Source of the DNA: the human T2T-CHM13v2.0 reference genome, Homo sapiens
Assembly: GCF_009914755.1 (NCBI RefSeq)
Contig: NC_060933.1
Length of the DNA stretch: 64,000 nucleotides
Reading direction: 5' to 3' (one strand)
Position numbers and translations under genes: made by a program
Part shown: positions 14,856-28,004 of the stretch, in pieces
Numbering within the stretch: the stretch's first letter is position 1
Layout of the letters: each line of letters starts with the position of its first letter
The notes under the pieces: generated by a model
Told to the model about the DNA's origin: nothing
Seen by the model: the letters and a program-made list of their open reading frames with translations, nothing else
The model's database searches: none

Positions 14856-15494
14856 GGGAATGCATACCTTACCACATAACACGTAGTGCAGAAACTCATG
14901 TGACATAGGCTGGGAACTTGTTTCCCTTATCCATTTCCTTTTTCATTAGGCTCATAGTTTGTGGAAAAATCCCAATATGCCGTTTATTCAGGTGGGGCTG
15001 ACCATGGGATGTGGTGCTAATGATAAATATTACATTTACCCTTGGCCCTTAAAAAAAAAAAAGAAAAACCCTCACAGTCTTCCTGGTTCATAAGATGGAT
15101 TTGGAGGTTATTTCTGCAGCAAACTTGGGTCCTGTGTGTTCAAAACCATAGAGCACAAGGTCAAGGAAGCTAGAGTCTGAAAAACGAACAATTCACTTCC
15201 AGGTCTTCATCAGGGTTTTGTTTTTGTTGCTTTAAAGCAAGAGTTAAGTTTATAGTCTGTTAAGCTCTTACAAATTTGGCTTATTAGTTAAATGGACGTA
15301 GTTTAGCTTAAACTTTATGTTAGAGTGAGATGAAACCCTATGAATATAATCAGTTTTAGAAAAACTAATCAGTTTATTGTGCATCAGAGACGTCACATGA
15401 AGAAGAAAACTTGTCGACATCCAGGATGATCAGGAGCCTTCATTAAAACAGAAATTTTAGGGAAAACCACAAAAACCTTCGTAAAGTGAATTGC

Positions 15495-15535
15495 ATTAAA
15501 CATCAATTATAATAAAATTTCATATTTTGAATAAA
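15495..15535 (+). terminator. Cluster of candidate polyadenylation signals for ZNF658
   Basis: ATTAAA 15495-15500, AATAAA 15511-15516 and AATAAA 15530-15535, followed by T-rich sequence. Another AATAAA lies at 15745-15750. Confidence 0.6.
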
Positions 15536-15779
15536 TGACATTTTTCCTAGGTATTTTTTTCTGAGGAAATATGTCAGTTTTAGAATTGGAGATAAAATAT
15601 TCACCTAGAACTGATGTACCAAGCTTCTGTTTTGTAATATCAAAAATTTTATAGAACATATATAAGAAAATATTTACCTATAGAAAAACTCACTGTAGAA
15701 TGTGAAGTTAAAAATGGAATAATTTGAATTCTGTGGAGAATGTGAATAAATGTGGAGAAGTTTGTTATTGCTAATCGAT

Positions 15780-16593
15780 TGCAGAATGGCAAATGTTGCT
15801 GCCTGATCCTTCCTCTGGAAGCTTCGTCTCAGAGGGGTACTAGGCTGTATGAGGTGTCAGTCGGCCCCTACTGGGAGGTGTCTCCCAGTTAGGCTACTCG
15901 TGGGTCAGGGACCCACTTGAGGAGGCAGTCTGTCCATTCTCAGATCTCCAGCTCCATACTGGGAGAACCACTACTCTCTTCAAAGCTGTCGGACAGGGAC
16001 ATTTAAGTCTGCAGAAGTTTCTGCTGCCTTTTGTTCAGCTATGCTCTGCCCCTAGAGGTGCAGTCTACAGAGGCAGGCAGGCCTCCTTGATCTGTGGTGG
16101 GCTCCACCCAGTTCGAGCTTCCTGGCCACTTTGTTTATGTACTCAAGCCTCAGCAATGGCAGACACCCCTCCCCCAGCCTTGCTGCCACCTTGCAGTTTG
16201 ATCTCACACTGCTGTGCTAGCAGCGAGCAAGGCTCCGTGGGCATGGGACCCTCCAAGCCAGGCACAGGATATAATCTCCTGCTGTGCCATTTGCTAAGGC
16301 CATTGGAAAAGCACAGTATTAGGGTTGGAGTGTCCTGATTTTCCAGGTACTGTCTGTCAGGGCTACCCTTGGCTAGGAAAGGGAATTCCCTGGCCCCTTC
16401 TGCTTCCCGGGTGAGGCAATGCCCTGCCCTGCTTTGGCTCATGCTCCATGGGCTGCACCCACTGTCCAACAAGCCCCAGTGAGATGAACCTGGTACCTCA
16501 GATGGAAATGCAGAAATCACTCATCTTCTGCGTCACTCACGCTGGGAGCTGTAGACTGGAGCTCTTCCTATTTGGCCATCTTGGAACCTCCCC
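15780..16593 (-). mobile_element. Isolated L1PA 5'UTR (promoter region)
   Basis: gggtcagggacccacttgaggaggcagtctg; ggagctgtagactggagctcttcctatttggccatcttgg (antisense of the L1 start with its YY1 site). Confidence 0.9.
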
Positions 16594-17064
16594 TCATGTA
16601 AATTTCTTTTAAAGATAATTGGTTAAACTGAATGATAACAATGTGTTGTTATTGCAACATATGTATATACAAATAAAGTATATGACAAAAAAGCATAAAG
16701 ACTGAGAGGGGAGAAATGCAAGTATACTATTGTAAGGTTTGAATAGTATATGTGAAATGGTATAATTCACTTGAAGCTAGATTGTGATAAGTTTAAGACA
16801 TATACTATTACCCCACAGCAAACACAAAATTAGCAAAATAAAGAATTATAATTTTAAGCCAAAAAATACCAGAGACAAGTCTCAATCAATTCAGAAGTTT
16901 ATTTAGCCAAGGTTAAGGACATACCCATGACATAGCCTTAGGAGGTCCTGAGAACATTTGCCCAAGGTGGTCTGGCTACAGCTTGAATTTCCATGTTTTA
17001 TGGAGGTATAAGACATGAATCAGTACATGTAAGACATACACTGGTTAGGTCTGGGAAGGTGGGG

Positions 17065-17603
17065 TGTATTAGGGTTCTCTAGTGGGACAGGACTAATAGG
17101 ATAAATTTATATGTGAAAGGGAGTTTATTAAGGAGTATACACTGTCACAAGGTGAAGTCCCAAAATAGGCCATCTGCAAGCTGAGGAGCAAGGAAGCCAG
17201 TCTGAGTTCCCAAATCTCAAAAATAGGGAAGCCAACAGTGCAGCCTTCAGTCTGTGGCTGAAGGCCCAAGAGCCCCTGGCAAACCACTGGTGTAAGTCCA
17301 AAAGTCCAAAAGCCGAAGAACTTGGAGTCCAATGTTCAAAGCCAGGAAGCATACAGCATGGGAGAAAGATGAAGGCCAGAACACTCAGCCAGTCTAGTCC
17401 TTCCACATTCTCCTGCCTGCTTTATTTTAGCTGTGCTGGCAGCTGATTAGATGGTGCCCACCCAGATAGAGGGTGGGTCTGCCTCTTCTAGTCCACTGAT
17501 TCAAATGTCAGTCTTCTTTGGCAACATCCTCACAGATACATCCAGGAACAACACTTCACACCCTTCATTCCAATCAAGTTGACACTCAATATTAACCATC
17601 ACA
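17065..17603 (-). mobile_element. MLT2A (HERVL) solo LTR
   Basis: tgtattagggttctctag...caatcaagttgacactcaatattaaccatcaca, with a tgggg/tggag TSD. Confidence 0.85.
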
Positions 17604-17975
17604 TGGAGCAATGTGAAGGGGGAGGAAGGGGCAGTGGGGGGGTTGTGGCCTGCAAGTCATAAGTGGATTAAAAGATTTCCTGATTGGCAATTGGTTGAAA
17701 GCTTTTATCTGAAGCCCTGGAATTAATAGAAGGGTTAAAATAAGGGGTTGTGGAGACCAAGGTTTTTATTATGCAGATAAAGCCTCCAGGTAGCAGGCTT
17801 CAGAAAGAATAGATTGTAAATGTTTTTTATCAGACTTAAAAAGGTACCAAACTCAGTTAATTCTCTCCCGGATCAGGAAGAAGACCTGGAAATAAAAGGA
17901 GATTTTCTGTAGAAGGTAGATTTTCCCACAAGAGACAGCTTTGCAGGGCCATTTCAAAATATGTTTAAGAAATAT

Positions 17976-18295
17976 AGCCAGGCACGTTAGCTCATGCCTA
18001 TAATCCTAGCACTTTGGGAGGCTGAAGCAGGTAGATCACTTGAGGTCAGGAGTTTGAGACCAACCTGGCCAACATGGCAAAACCACGTCTCTACAAAAAA
18101 TACAAAAAAATAAGCCAGGAATGGTGGCGGGCACCTGTAATCCCAGCTATTCAAGAGGCTGAGGCAGGAGAATCGCTTGAACCTGGGAGACGGAGGTTGT
18201 GGTGACTGAGCCAAGATCATGCCACTGCACTCCAGCCTGGGCAACAGAGGGAGACTCCATCTCAAAGAAAAAGAAGAAGAAGGAGAGAAAAGAAA
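17976..18295 (+). mobile_element. AluS
   Basis: Alu consensus and aagaaatat TSD. Confidence 0.95.
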
Positions 18296-18589
18296 TATCT
18301 TTTGAGGTAAAATATTTTTATTTCTTTTAGGGCTTGCTGTCTGTCATGTTGGTATCTTAATGGCTACCAAGAGTCTGTTTCATCAGTCGTAAGGTCTCTG
18401 TTTTAATGTTAAATGCTGGTCAGCTGTGCCTGAATCCCAAAGGAACGTGAGTATAGTGTGGCATGTCTGACCTCTACTACCCATCATGGCCTGAACTGAT
18501 TTTCCAGGTTAACTTAGGAATGCCCTTGTTTGAGAAGAGGGGTCCATTCAATTGGTTGATGGGCTTAGAATTTTACTTTTGATTTACAT

Positions 18590-21500
18590 AGTTAATGAAC
18601 CAGAAAGGAAGATGAAATGTAATAAAAATGTTTGATCCAAATGGAAGAAAAGAAGAAAAAAGAACAAAAATCAAAATTATCGACTCAAACCTAACTATAT
18701 AAATAATCATATTAAATGTAAATGGTTTAAACACCTCAATTAAAAGTCAGGAATTGTCATATAAATTTTTTAGGAAGACCCGATTCTATGCTGCTTACAA
18801 GAAATACACTTTATATATAAAGAAACAAATAGGTTAAAAAATACATACCATGTTAACAGAAATCAACAGAAAGCTGATAAATCTAGCCAGATTAATCAGG
18901 CATTAGAAGAAAAAAATGCCAGTAGCAGGAATGAGAAAGGTGACATGATTTTAGGTTTTAGATGTTAAAAGAATCATAATAAAATATTATATATAACTTC
19001 ATGTCAATGATTTCCACAATTGTCATAAAATAGATGAACTCCTTGAAATACACAAACTACCATATCTCACTCAAGAAGAAATACATAATCTGAATAGCCC
19101 TACATCTGTTAGAGAAATACAATTTGTAGTTACAAAACCTTCACATAAAGAAAATGCCAGGCCCAGGTGGCTTCACTAGTGAATTATATCAAATATTTAA
19201 GAAGTAATACTAATTTTACATGAACTCTTCATAGAAAATTTTTGAGAAGGTAATTATTTCCTACCTCATTCTATGAAATTAGCATTACCCTGATATAAAT
19301 GTCAAAGACATTACAAGAAAAGTAAACTAGAGACAATATCTCTCATGACATTAGTTGAAAAAATGCAATTTTAGCAAATAAATTACAGCATTATGTAAAC
19401 AGAATAACACACAAGGACCAAGGGGGCTTATCCTAAGAATGTGAAATTGTTTTAACATTTAAACATCAAACAGTGTACTAAGAAGAAGGAAGACAAAAAC
19501 AGAAATGAAAAAGACATTGCAACTGATGTCACAGAAATCCAAAGATCATAAGAAACTGCTGTGAGAAAAAATACACCAATAAACTCAATAACCTAGAAGA
19601 AATGGATAAATTCCTAGAAACATACAACCTACCAAGAGTGCATCATGAAAGAAATAGGAAATTTAAACAGGCAAACAGTGAATAAGGAGATCAAATCAGT
19701 AATAAAAAAAACTCCCAACAAAGCAAAGCCTCCGACCTGATGACTCTGCTGCTGAAGTCTACCAAATATTTAAAGAAGAATTAATACCAATCATTTTAAA
19801 ACCCTTCCCAAAAAATCAAACAGGAGAGAATATTTCCAAACTCATTTCACGAGGCCAGCATTATGTGAATTTAAAGACAGACAAAAGACACTACAAAAAG
19901 AAAACTACAGGTCTATGTCCCTGATTAATATAGATGCAAGGATCCTCAACAAAATAATTGCAAACCAAATTTAACAGCAAATTAATAGGATCATACACCA
20001 TGACCAAGTGGGATTTATCCCTGAGTTGCAGGGATGGTTCAACATATGAAAATCAATTAATGGGATACAGTTAATAGAATAAAAGATAAAAATCACAAAA
20101 TCATCTCAATAGATTTAAAAATAATAATTTGATAAAATTTGACACTTTTTCATGTTAGAAACTCTCAACAAACTAGGAAGAGATGGAAGTTACCTCAACA
20201 TATTGAGGCCAGATATGAAAATCCCACAGCTAACACCACACTCAGAAGTAAAAAACTAAAAGCTTTTCCTCTAATATCAGGAAAAAGACAGGGATGTTCA
20301 CTTTTACCACTTCTATTCAACATAGTAATGAAAGTCCTGCCCAGAATGATTATTCAAGATCAATACAAAAAATACATCAAGTTCAGAAGGAAGAAGTGAA
20401 ATTGTACCTGTTTAAACATGATCTAATATACAGAAAACTCTAAAGACTCCACAAAAAACTGTTAGAATTAATAAGTCAATTCAGCAAAGTAGTATGATAA
20501 AAAAATGTAAAAATCAATTGCATTTCTATACACCAAAAATGAACTCTCTGAAAGAAAATTAGGAAACCAATCCCATTTACAACATTATCAAAAATAATCA
20601 AATACTTAGGAATAAACTTAGCCAAGGAGGTAAAAGACACACTGCAAACTGCAAAACATTAATTTAAGAAATTTAAAAGGACACAAGTAAATGGAAAGAC
20701 ATACTGTGTTCATAGATTGGAAGTCTTAATATCTACACTACTCAAAGCAATCTACAAATTCAATTCAATCTCCATAAAAATCCTAATAGCATTTTTACAG
20801 ACAGAGAAAAAACAATTCTAAGATTCATATATAATTGGAAAGTACCCTGAATAGCCAAAACAATCTTGAGAAGAAAGAGCAAGGCTAGAGGCATCACTTC
20901 CTAATTTCAAAATATATTGCAAAGCTATAGTAATTAAAATAGTATGTTAACAGCATAAAGATAGACATATAAGACCAATGGGTTAGAATAGGGAGCCAAG
21001 AAATAGATCTGTGTATATACAGTCAATTGATCTTTGACATGGGTGCCAAGAATGCACAATCAGGAAAGGACAGTCTCTTCAACAAATGCTGCTGGGAAAA
21101 CTGGGTATCTCCATGCAAGAGTAGAACTGGATCCTTGTCTTATACCATACACAAAAATTAAATCAAAATGGATTAAAAACTTAAATGCAAGGTGAGACTG
21201 TAAAGCTTCTATAAGAAAACACTGGGAAAAAGATTAATTTCCAAAATACATCAGGAACTCAAACAACTCAGTAGATAAAACTAACAATCTGATTTTTTAA
21301 ATGAGCAAAGGACTTGAATAGACATTTTTCCAAAGAAGAGAAATACCCACAGGTATATGAAAAGATGCTCAGTGTTACTAATCATCAGAAAAATGTAAAT
21401 CAAAACCACAATGAAATATTTCCTCACACCTGTCAGGATGATGATTATTTAAAAAAAAGACAAGTGTTGGAAGGGATGTGGAGAAAGGGAACCCTTGTAC

Positions 21501-23090
21501 ATTGTTTGTGGGAATACACGATGGTGCATTTACTATGGGAAAAAAGAATGAACGTTCTTCAAAAAGTTAAAAACAGAGCCATTATATTGCTCCAATAATC
21601 CCACTTCTGGGTATTTATCCAAAAGAATTGAAATCAGGATCTTGAAGTAATATTACCATTCCTATGTTCATTGCAACACTATTCGTAATAGCTCAGATGT
21701 AGAAACAACATTAATGTCCATTAACAGATAAATTCATAAAGCAAATGTGGTATAGACATACAATGGAAATACTATTCAGCATTAAAAAAGAAATTCTGCA
21801 ATATGCACAACATGAATAAACCTTGAGGATATTATTCCAAGTGAAATAAGCCAATCACAGAAAGACAAATCCCGTATAATTTGCTTATCTTAGATAGTGA
21901 AAATATTAACAGTACAATTCATAGAATCAAAGAGTGGAATGGTGGTTGCCAGGACGGGAGTGAAAGGGAAGTGAGGAGTTGCTTATCAATGGGTATAAAA
22001 TTTCATTAATGCAAGATGAATTAGCTTTAGAGATCTGCTGTATAATACTGTGCCTATAGTTAACCATATTTTATTGTATACTGAAAAATCTCATAAGAGA
22101 GTAGATCTCATGTTATATTCTTACCACAATAAAATAAAAATTTTAAAAATCAAGCACTGTAGTTCACCAAATTGAGAAATTAAAAAAGAAAAGATCTTAT
22201 CTCAGTATAATCAGAAGAAAATAACTCTCAGCAAACTGGCACTAGCAGGAAACTTCTTCAACCTGATTAAGGTAATTTACAAAAAACCTACAGGTAATGT
22301 CACGCTTAATGTTGAAAGACTGAATGCTTTCCTCCTGAGATCAGGAATGAGATGAGAATGTCAGCTCTTACCACTTCTATTCAACATTGTAATTGAGGCA
22401 ATAAAGCCAAAAGAAAAGAGAAAAACACACAGGTGAATTGGAAAAAAAGCAAAATTGTTTCTGTTTCTCAGGTAACATGACAGGAAGTTTTGTGGAATCT
22501 ACACAAAAACTATCAGAAATTAATATGCTACTAATTATTATTAACTAATAAGCTGATAAAGCTACTAGTACTAACAAATTAGTTAAGCAAAGTTGAAGGA
22601 TAGAATACGACTATACAAAGTTTCTTCCTTATACTAGCAATGAACAATCAGAAATTGTATTTTAAAATTATGATTTATAGGCCATACACGGTGGCTCATA
22701 CCTGTAATCCCAGCACTTTGGGAGGCCAACGCGGACAGATCACGAGGTCAGGAGATGGAGACCATCCTGGCTAACACGGTGAAACCCCATCTCTACTAAA
22801 AATACAAAAAAAAAAAAAAAATAGCCAGGAGATTTACAATAGCAGCAAAATATCAAATACTTAGGGATAAATTTGAGCAACAAAACATGTAAGACCCTTC
22901 TACCCTGGTTTGATAGAGAGGAGTGGAAGAGAAGGCTTGCCAAAGGGCAACAGGAACATTTTGGGGTGACAGATATTAATTCTTGACTTTTAATGATAGT
23001 TTCCTGTGTTTTACACGTGTCAAATACTATCACACTGTACACCTTAAATATGTGCAGTTAATTGTATGCCAATTATACCTCACTTCTCTT
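18590..23090 (+). mobile_element. Nested L1M/L1MA ORF2 and 3'-end fragments
   Basis: Decayed ORF2 RT motifs (ORF 20139-20399, KLKAFPLISGKRQGCSLLPLLFNIV), and an L1MA 3' end with an A-rich tail near 22140. Confidence 0.85.
22680..22830 (+). mobile_element. Alu left arm only
   Basis: Alu left monomer plus linker; the right arm is absent. Confidence 0.9.
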
Positions 23091-23861
23091 AGGAATGAGA
23101 AATTGGCAATACATGTTAAACCCACTCTGTTACTTTCTTTTCCAGGGCCTCAGACAGAGACAGAGGGGTGTGACAATCACAGCTGTGATAGCTAAACTTG
23201 CCCAAAAATCTGTTTAAACTCAGTAAAAATGAATAAATGAAAAATCATTTTGCTTGAGAATAAATTTCTCTTTTTAACTTCTTGCACAAATTGCAACTGC
23301 ATTGCCCTTCCCTTGCTTTGCCTTTTGATCTCAGAAATGATCCTGCAGTCCGACCCTGAACACTAACCTTGATTGGAGCAGCAGGAAAATATCATGGGAT
23401 GTCTGAACAAATTATGAAGCTTATAACCCCCAGGTCTTACAATTTTCCAAGCTTCTCCTCCTAGGCATTACCTGTGCTACCACACAGAGCCATTGCAGGC
23501 ACGGGGAAATTGAGAATTCTTCTTAAAGCTGTTAAGGGACTGAGGAATAAGTGAGATTTGTCTCTTAAGCACTGAAGGATTCCCTAAAATGTATAGACAG
23601 CCTTGTAGACAGCTATTGAATTATTTGTCCAACTGTGTCTGGAATGTTTCTTCCAGGATGCAGGTTCTTTAATGCTCCTAATCTAAAGATAGTTTAGATT
23701 TGAGTCAATTTTTCCCCCAGGTCTTAAGCTAGGAAACTATGCAGGTAACTAATGGGATTATGACAAAACTCTTCAGGAATCTTTTTATTTTAACCCTTAA
23801 AGTAAAAGTGATTCTTTAAATCTTCCTGAACCTTGAAGAATTGAGCTAACTCAGATATTAA

Positions 23862-24195
<334 letters not shown>

Positions 24196-24637
24196 AGAGT
24201 TTCTCTTTCTACATCATTTACCTTGTATGTCTATATCTAACCCAGGACTCAAGACAGTGATCTTAGACTCAACAACTTGGAATTATTTTTCCATTCACAC
24301 AATTTCTCCCAGAGCTGTTTAAATTCACAAGGTAGCTGCTTCTGATGGGTTTATGAGTCAGATTTAGACTTAGCTCCCTCAAATTTTACAGAGATCTCTT
24401 TTTTCCAACTTGTTTCCAACAAGAGTGTCACAAACACTAGGTGCTAGAAAACCCTCCACTCAGAATAGTGACCTGCATGTGTAGCATCTACAAGACCCCC
24501 AGCAAAGACTTGACCTCATTCCCTGAGACTCTATTTAAAGCTGGGACTTGTCCAACTCTGGATGAGCTTGCCTTCTCAAGTTTCTAACTCCTAGGGGTGA
24601 GCAAGAAGCTCTACAGTTAAAATTTAATGGAATTTTC

Positions 24638-24796
24638 AGCCCGGCATGGTGGCTCACGCCTGTAATCCCAGAACTTTGGGAGGCCGAGGCAACCAGATCA
24701 CAAGGTCAAGAGATCGAGACCATTCTGGTCAACATGGTGAAATGCCGTCTCTACTAAAAAAATACAACAGAGCAAGACTCCGTCTCAAAAAAAAAA
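24638..24796 (+). mobile_element. Alu lacking most of the right arm
   Basis: The linker joins directly to caacagagcaagactccgtctc. The aatggaattttc TSD is intact. Confidence 0.9.
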
Positions 24797-26542
24797 TGGA
24801 ATTTTCTCACATTTTTTCAACATTTCCAGAAAGATGGTTGACTTTGCTGGGTTTTCTTTCCTTTTCTTAACCTATAAGAGCAATATCTGTAACCTGCATC
24901 CTTTGCCCACAAATGAACTCTGACTTCCTGAAACTCTAAGTGAGCAACTTGGTTGTTACTTCTGGAGGTATCAGCCTTCTGCTAATTGCATTTAAGATGC
25001 CATTGTAGAAAGTTTTGGCCATAGGACCTGGCTGGAAAACACTGGCCCCACTGGACTGTACTCTGTACTCAAACTTTCCTTAAGTATAAAGATTTGATAG
25101 AGAATGGCTTTTATATAGGAAGATCCTGGGGATAGTTAAGCACATGAGAAATGATTATTGGGGTTCTCTGAGAAAGAAAATTGTCAGAAGAGGCAATTGA
25201 ATCACCGAGATCTACGAACTAATGTAGAATAAGTCACTGCAAGAGTCAGCTTAATTTCTCTCCAAATGAGAAAGCAGTCGTCAAACTCCTTCACATATCC
25301 TTGAAACATACGAACAATCTGGGCATCTGTTGTCTACACAGGGGTTGCTTCTCTTGAATTCTTTAAACATAATTTGGTACAATAGAGTATTAGTCTTTTG
25401 CATTTGTGTGTGTGTGTGTCTGTGTGTATACACACACAGACATACACACATATGCCATACAATATTTTTTGAAGTTTTATTAAGTTTAATAATTGAATGA
25501 CTAATACTGCAGCTATGTCTAGCATATTGTGTTAGAAAACATGCTTAGCCTCTCTGTAAGAGAGAGCCCCAGAGACCTGGGAACGTTTATCTATGTAGAA
25601 CCATATATCTAGTAGAACCATAGAACATTTATCTATGTAGGCTGAATGTGCGATTTATCATATTCTCAACAATAATCCTACGCTTGGTGAAATGTATAAG
25701 GGACCTTTGCGTACCTTTTTTTCTTTTTGCAACTTCATGTGAATCTACAATTATTTCAAAATAAAAAATTTTAAAAAGTACATGTGTCAAAAGAAATCTC
25801 TTGATAAACATAAAACAATAAAAAAGGAACCTTTGTCAGAAACACATGGATAGGCTCTCTGTGCTTGTCTCTCATGGCTGTTGCTTAACTTGAATAAAAA
25901 TTCACATCATGTCAAATATTACAAGCAACATATCTGTGACATAGTCTATTGAAGCAGTCACATTGGCATTGGGGAGATACACAAACAAAGTGAACCATAG
26001 CCATCTGGTATTCTCAGCTTGTTTACAAAATCACTTAATGAGGCTAAGTTGAAGATGTGGAAATAGAGGTGCATCTGGGAGTGAATGGTCTCACCTGTCC
26101 CCGACTTACTTTTCTCTCTCTCCATTTCCCTCAGGGCTCAATGAAGAGGGAGTCATGAAGAATTTGGAAGAGCAAGTGCCCCAGTCCTATGTATTTATGT
26201 CTCCCCACTGATGTACAGTGCTCCATCTGCCATAAATGTCTATCGACTCAATTCTGAGTCATTTACTGGACTTCTATTTTTTTTCCTTTGGGCTATTTCA
26301 TTTATCAGGAGATTTGCCCCATGCTGTCTTGAAGGCTAACATTATGGATTTTGATTGGTGTACGGCAGTTCCTTACATCTTATTATTATTATTTTTATTC
26401 TACAGATTTGTTTTCAATTCTTCGGCCTTTGACTTTTTTTGTACGAAGTTAAGAATTATTAATAGTTGTTTAAATACTCAAAAAACACAGTGAAAATTTT
26501 TAGGGGAAATGCACTGAATATATCTATCAATTTGAAAATGGA

Positions 26543-26865
<323 letters not shown>

Positions 26866-27139
26866 TTATATATTATTATCTTACATATTACTATATACAT
26901 AATTCAGTGAATTATAGTATTCAAGAATATAGAATGAATTTTCATTTAGTTTTATAAATTTCCATGTTTCTTGATCTTATTGAGCATTCAAGGCAATCAA
27001 TAAAATATACTCCTGATACTAGAAATTCCTTATATTTTCTGGGTATTTTTTGTGGCATCTGTACATTGCAAATACTTTCTACCAGTCTGAAGATTGGTTG
27101 TCACTTTGTTAGGTTTTCTTTAAGATGTTTTTTCTTTCT

Positions 27140-27435
27140 GGCCGGCCGCGGTGGCTCACGCCTGTAATCCCAGCATTTTGGAAGGCCAAGGCGGGCGGAT
27201 CACTAGGTCAGGAGATCGAGACCATCCTGGCTAACACGGTGAAACCCCCTCTCTAATAAAAATACAAAAAATTAGCCGGGCGTGGTGGCAGGCACCTGTA
27301 GTACCAGCTACTCAAGAGGCTGAGGCAGGAGAATGGCGTGAACCCGGGGTCTGGGCTTGCAGTGAACCGAGATTGCGCCACTGCAGTCCAGCCTGGGTGA
27401 CAGAGCAAGACTCCATTCAAAAAAAAAAAAAAAAA
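27140..27435 (+). mobile_element. AluY-like
   Basis: Alu consensus and A-tail. Confidence 0.95.
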
Positions 27436-27577
27436 GAGAGATTTTTTTCTTTTCAATGTGGAAGAGTTAAATTATCTTTTCCTATTGTGGTTTTGTTTCA
27501 GACAGTATTCATAAGAAAATTCTCTTATTCTTTTTACTAAATGACTCACATATTTTGTTTCAAATTTAAGTTTTTAA

Positions 27578-28004
<427 letters not shown>

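Larger units (their letters stand above)
16860..18588 (-). mobile_element. MER4-family ERV1 LTR interrupted by MLT2A and Alu
   Basis: gtctcaatcaattcagaagtttatttagccaaggttaaggac...ggggtccattcaattggttg...tttaca. Confidence 0.75.

Noticed and set aside
25405-25452. (TG)n-TA-(CA)n quasi-palindrome
   Set aside because: This is a common by-product of dinucleotide microsatellite evolution.
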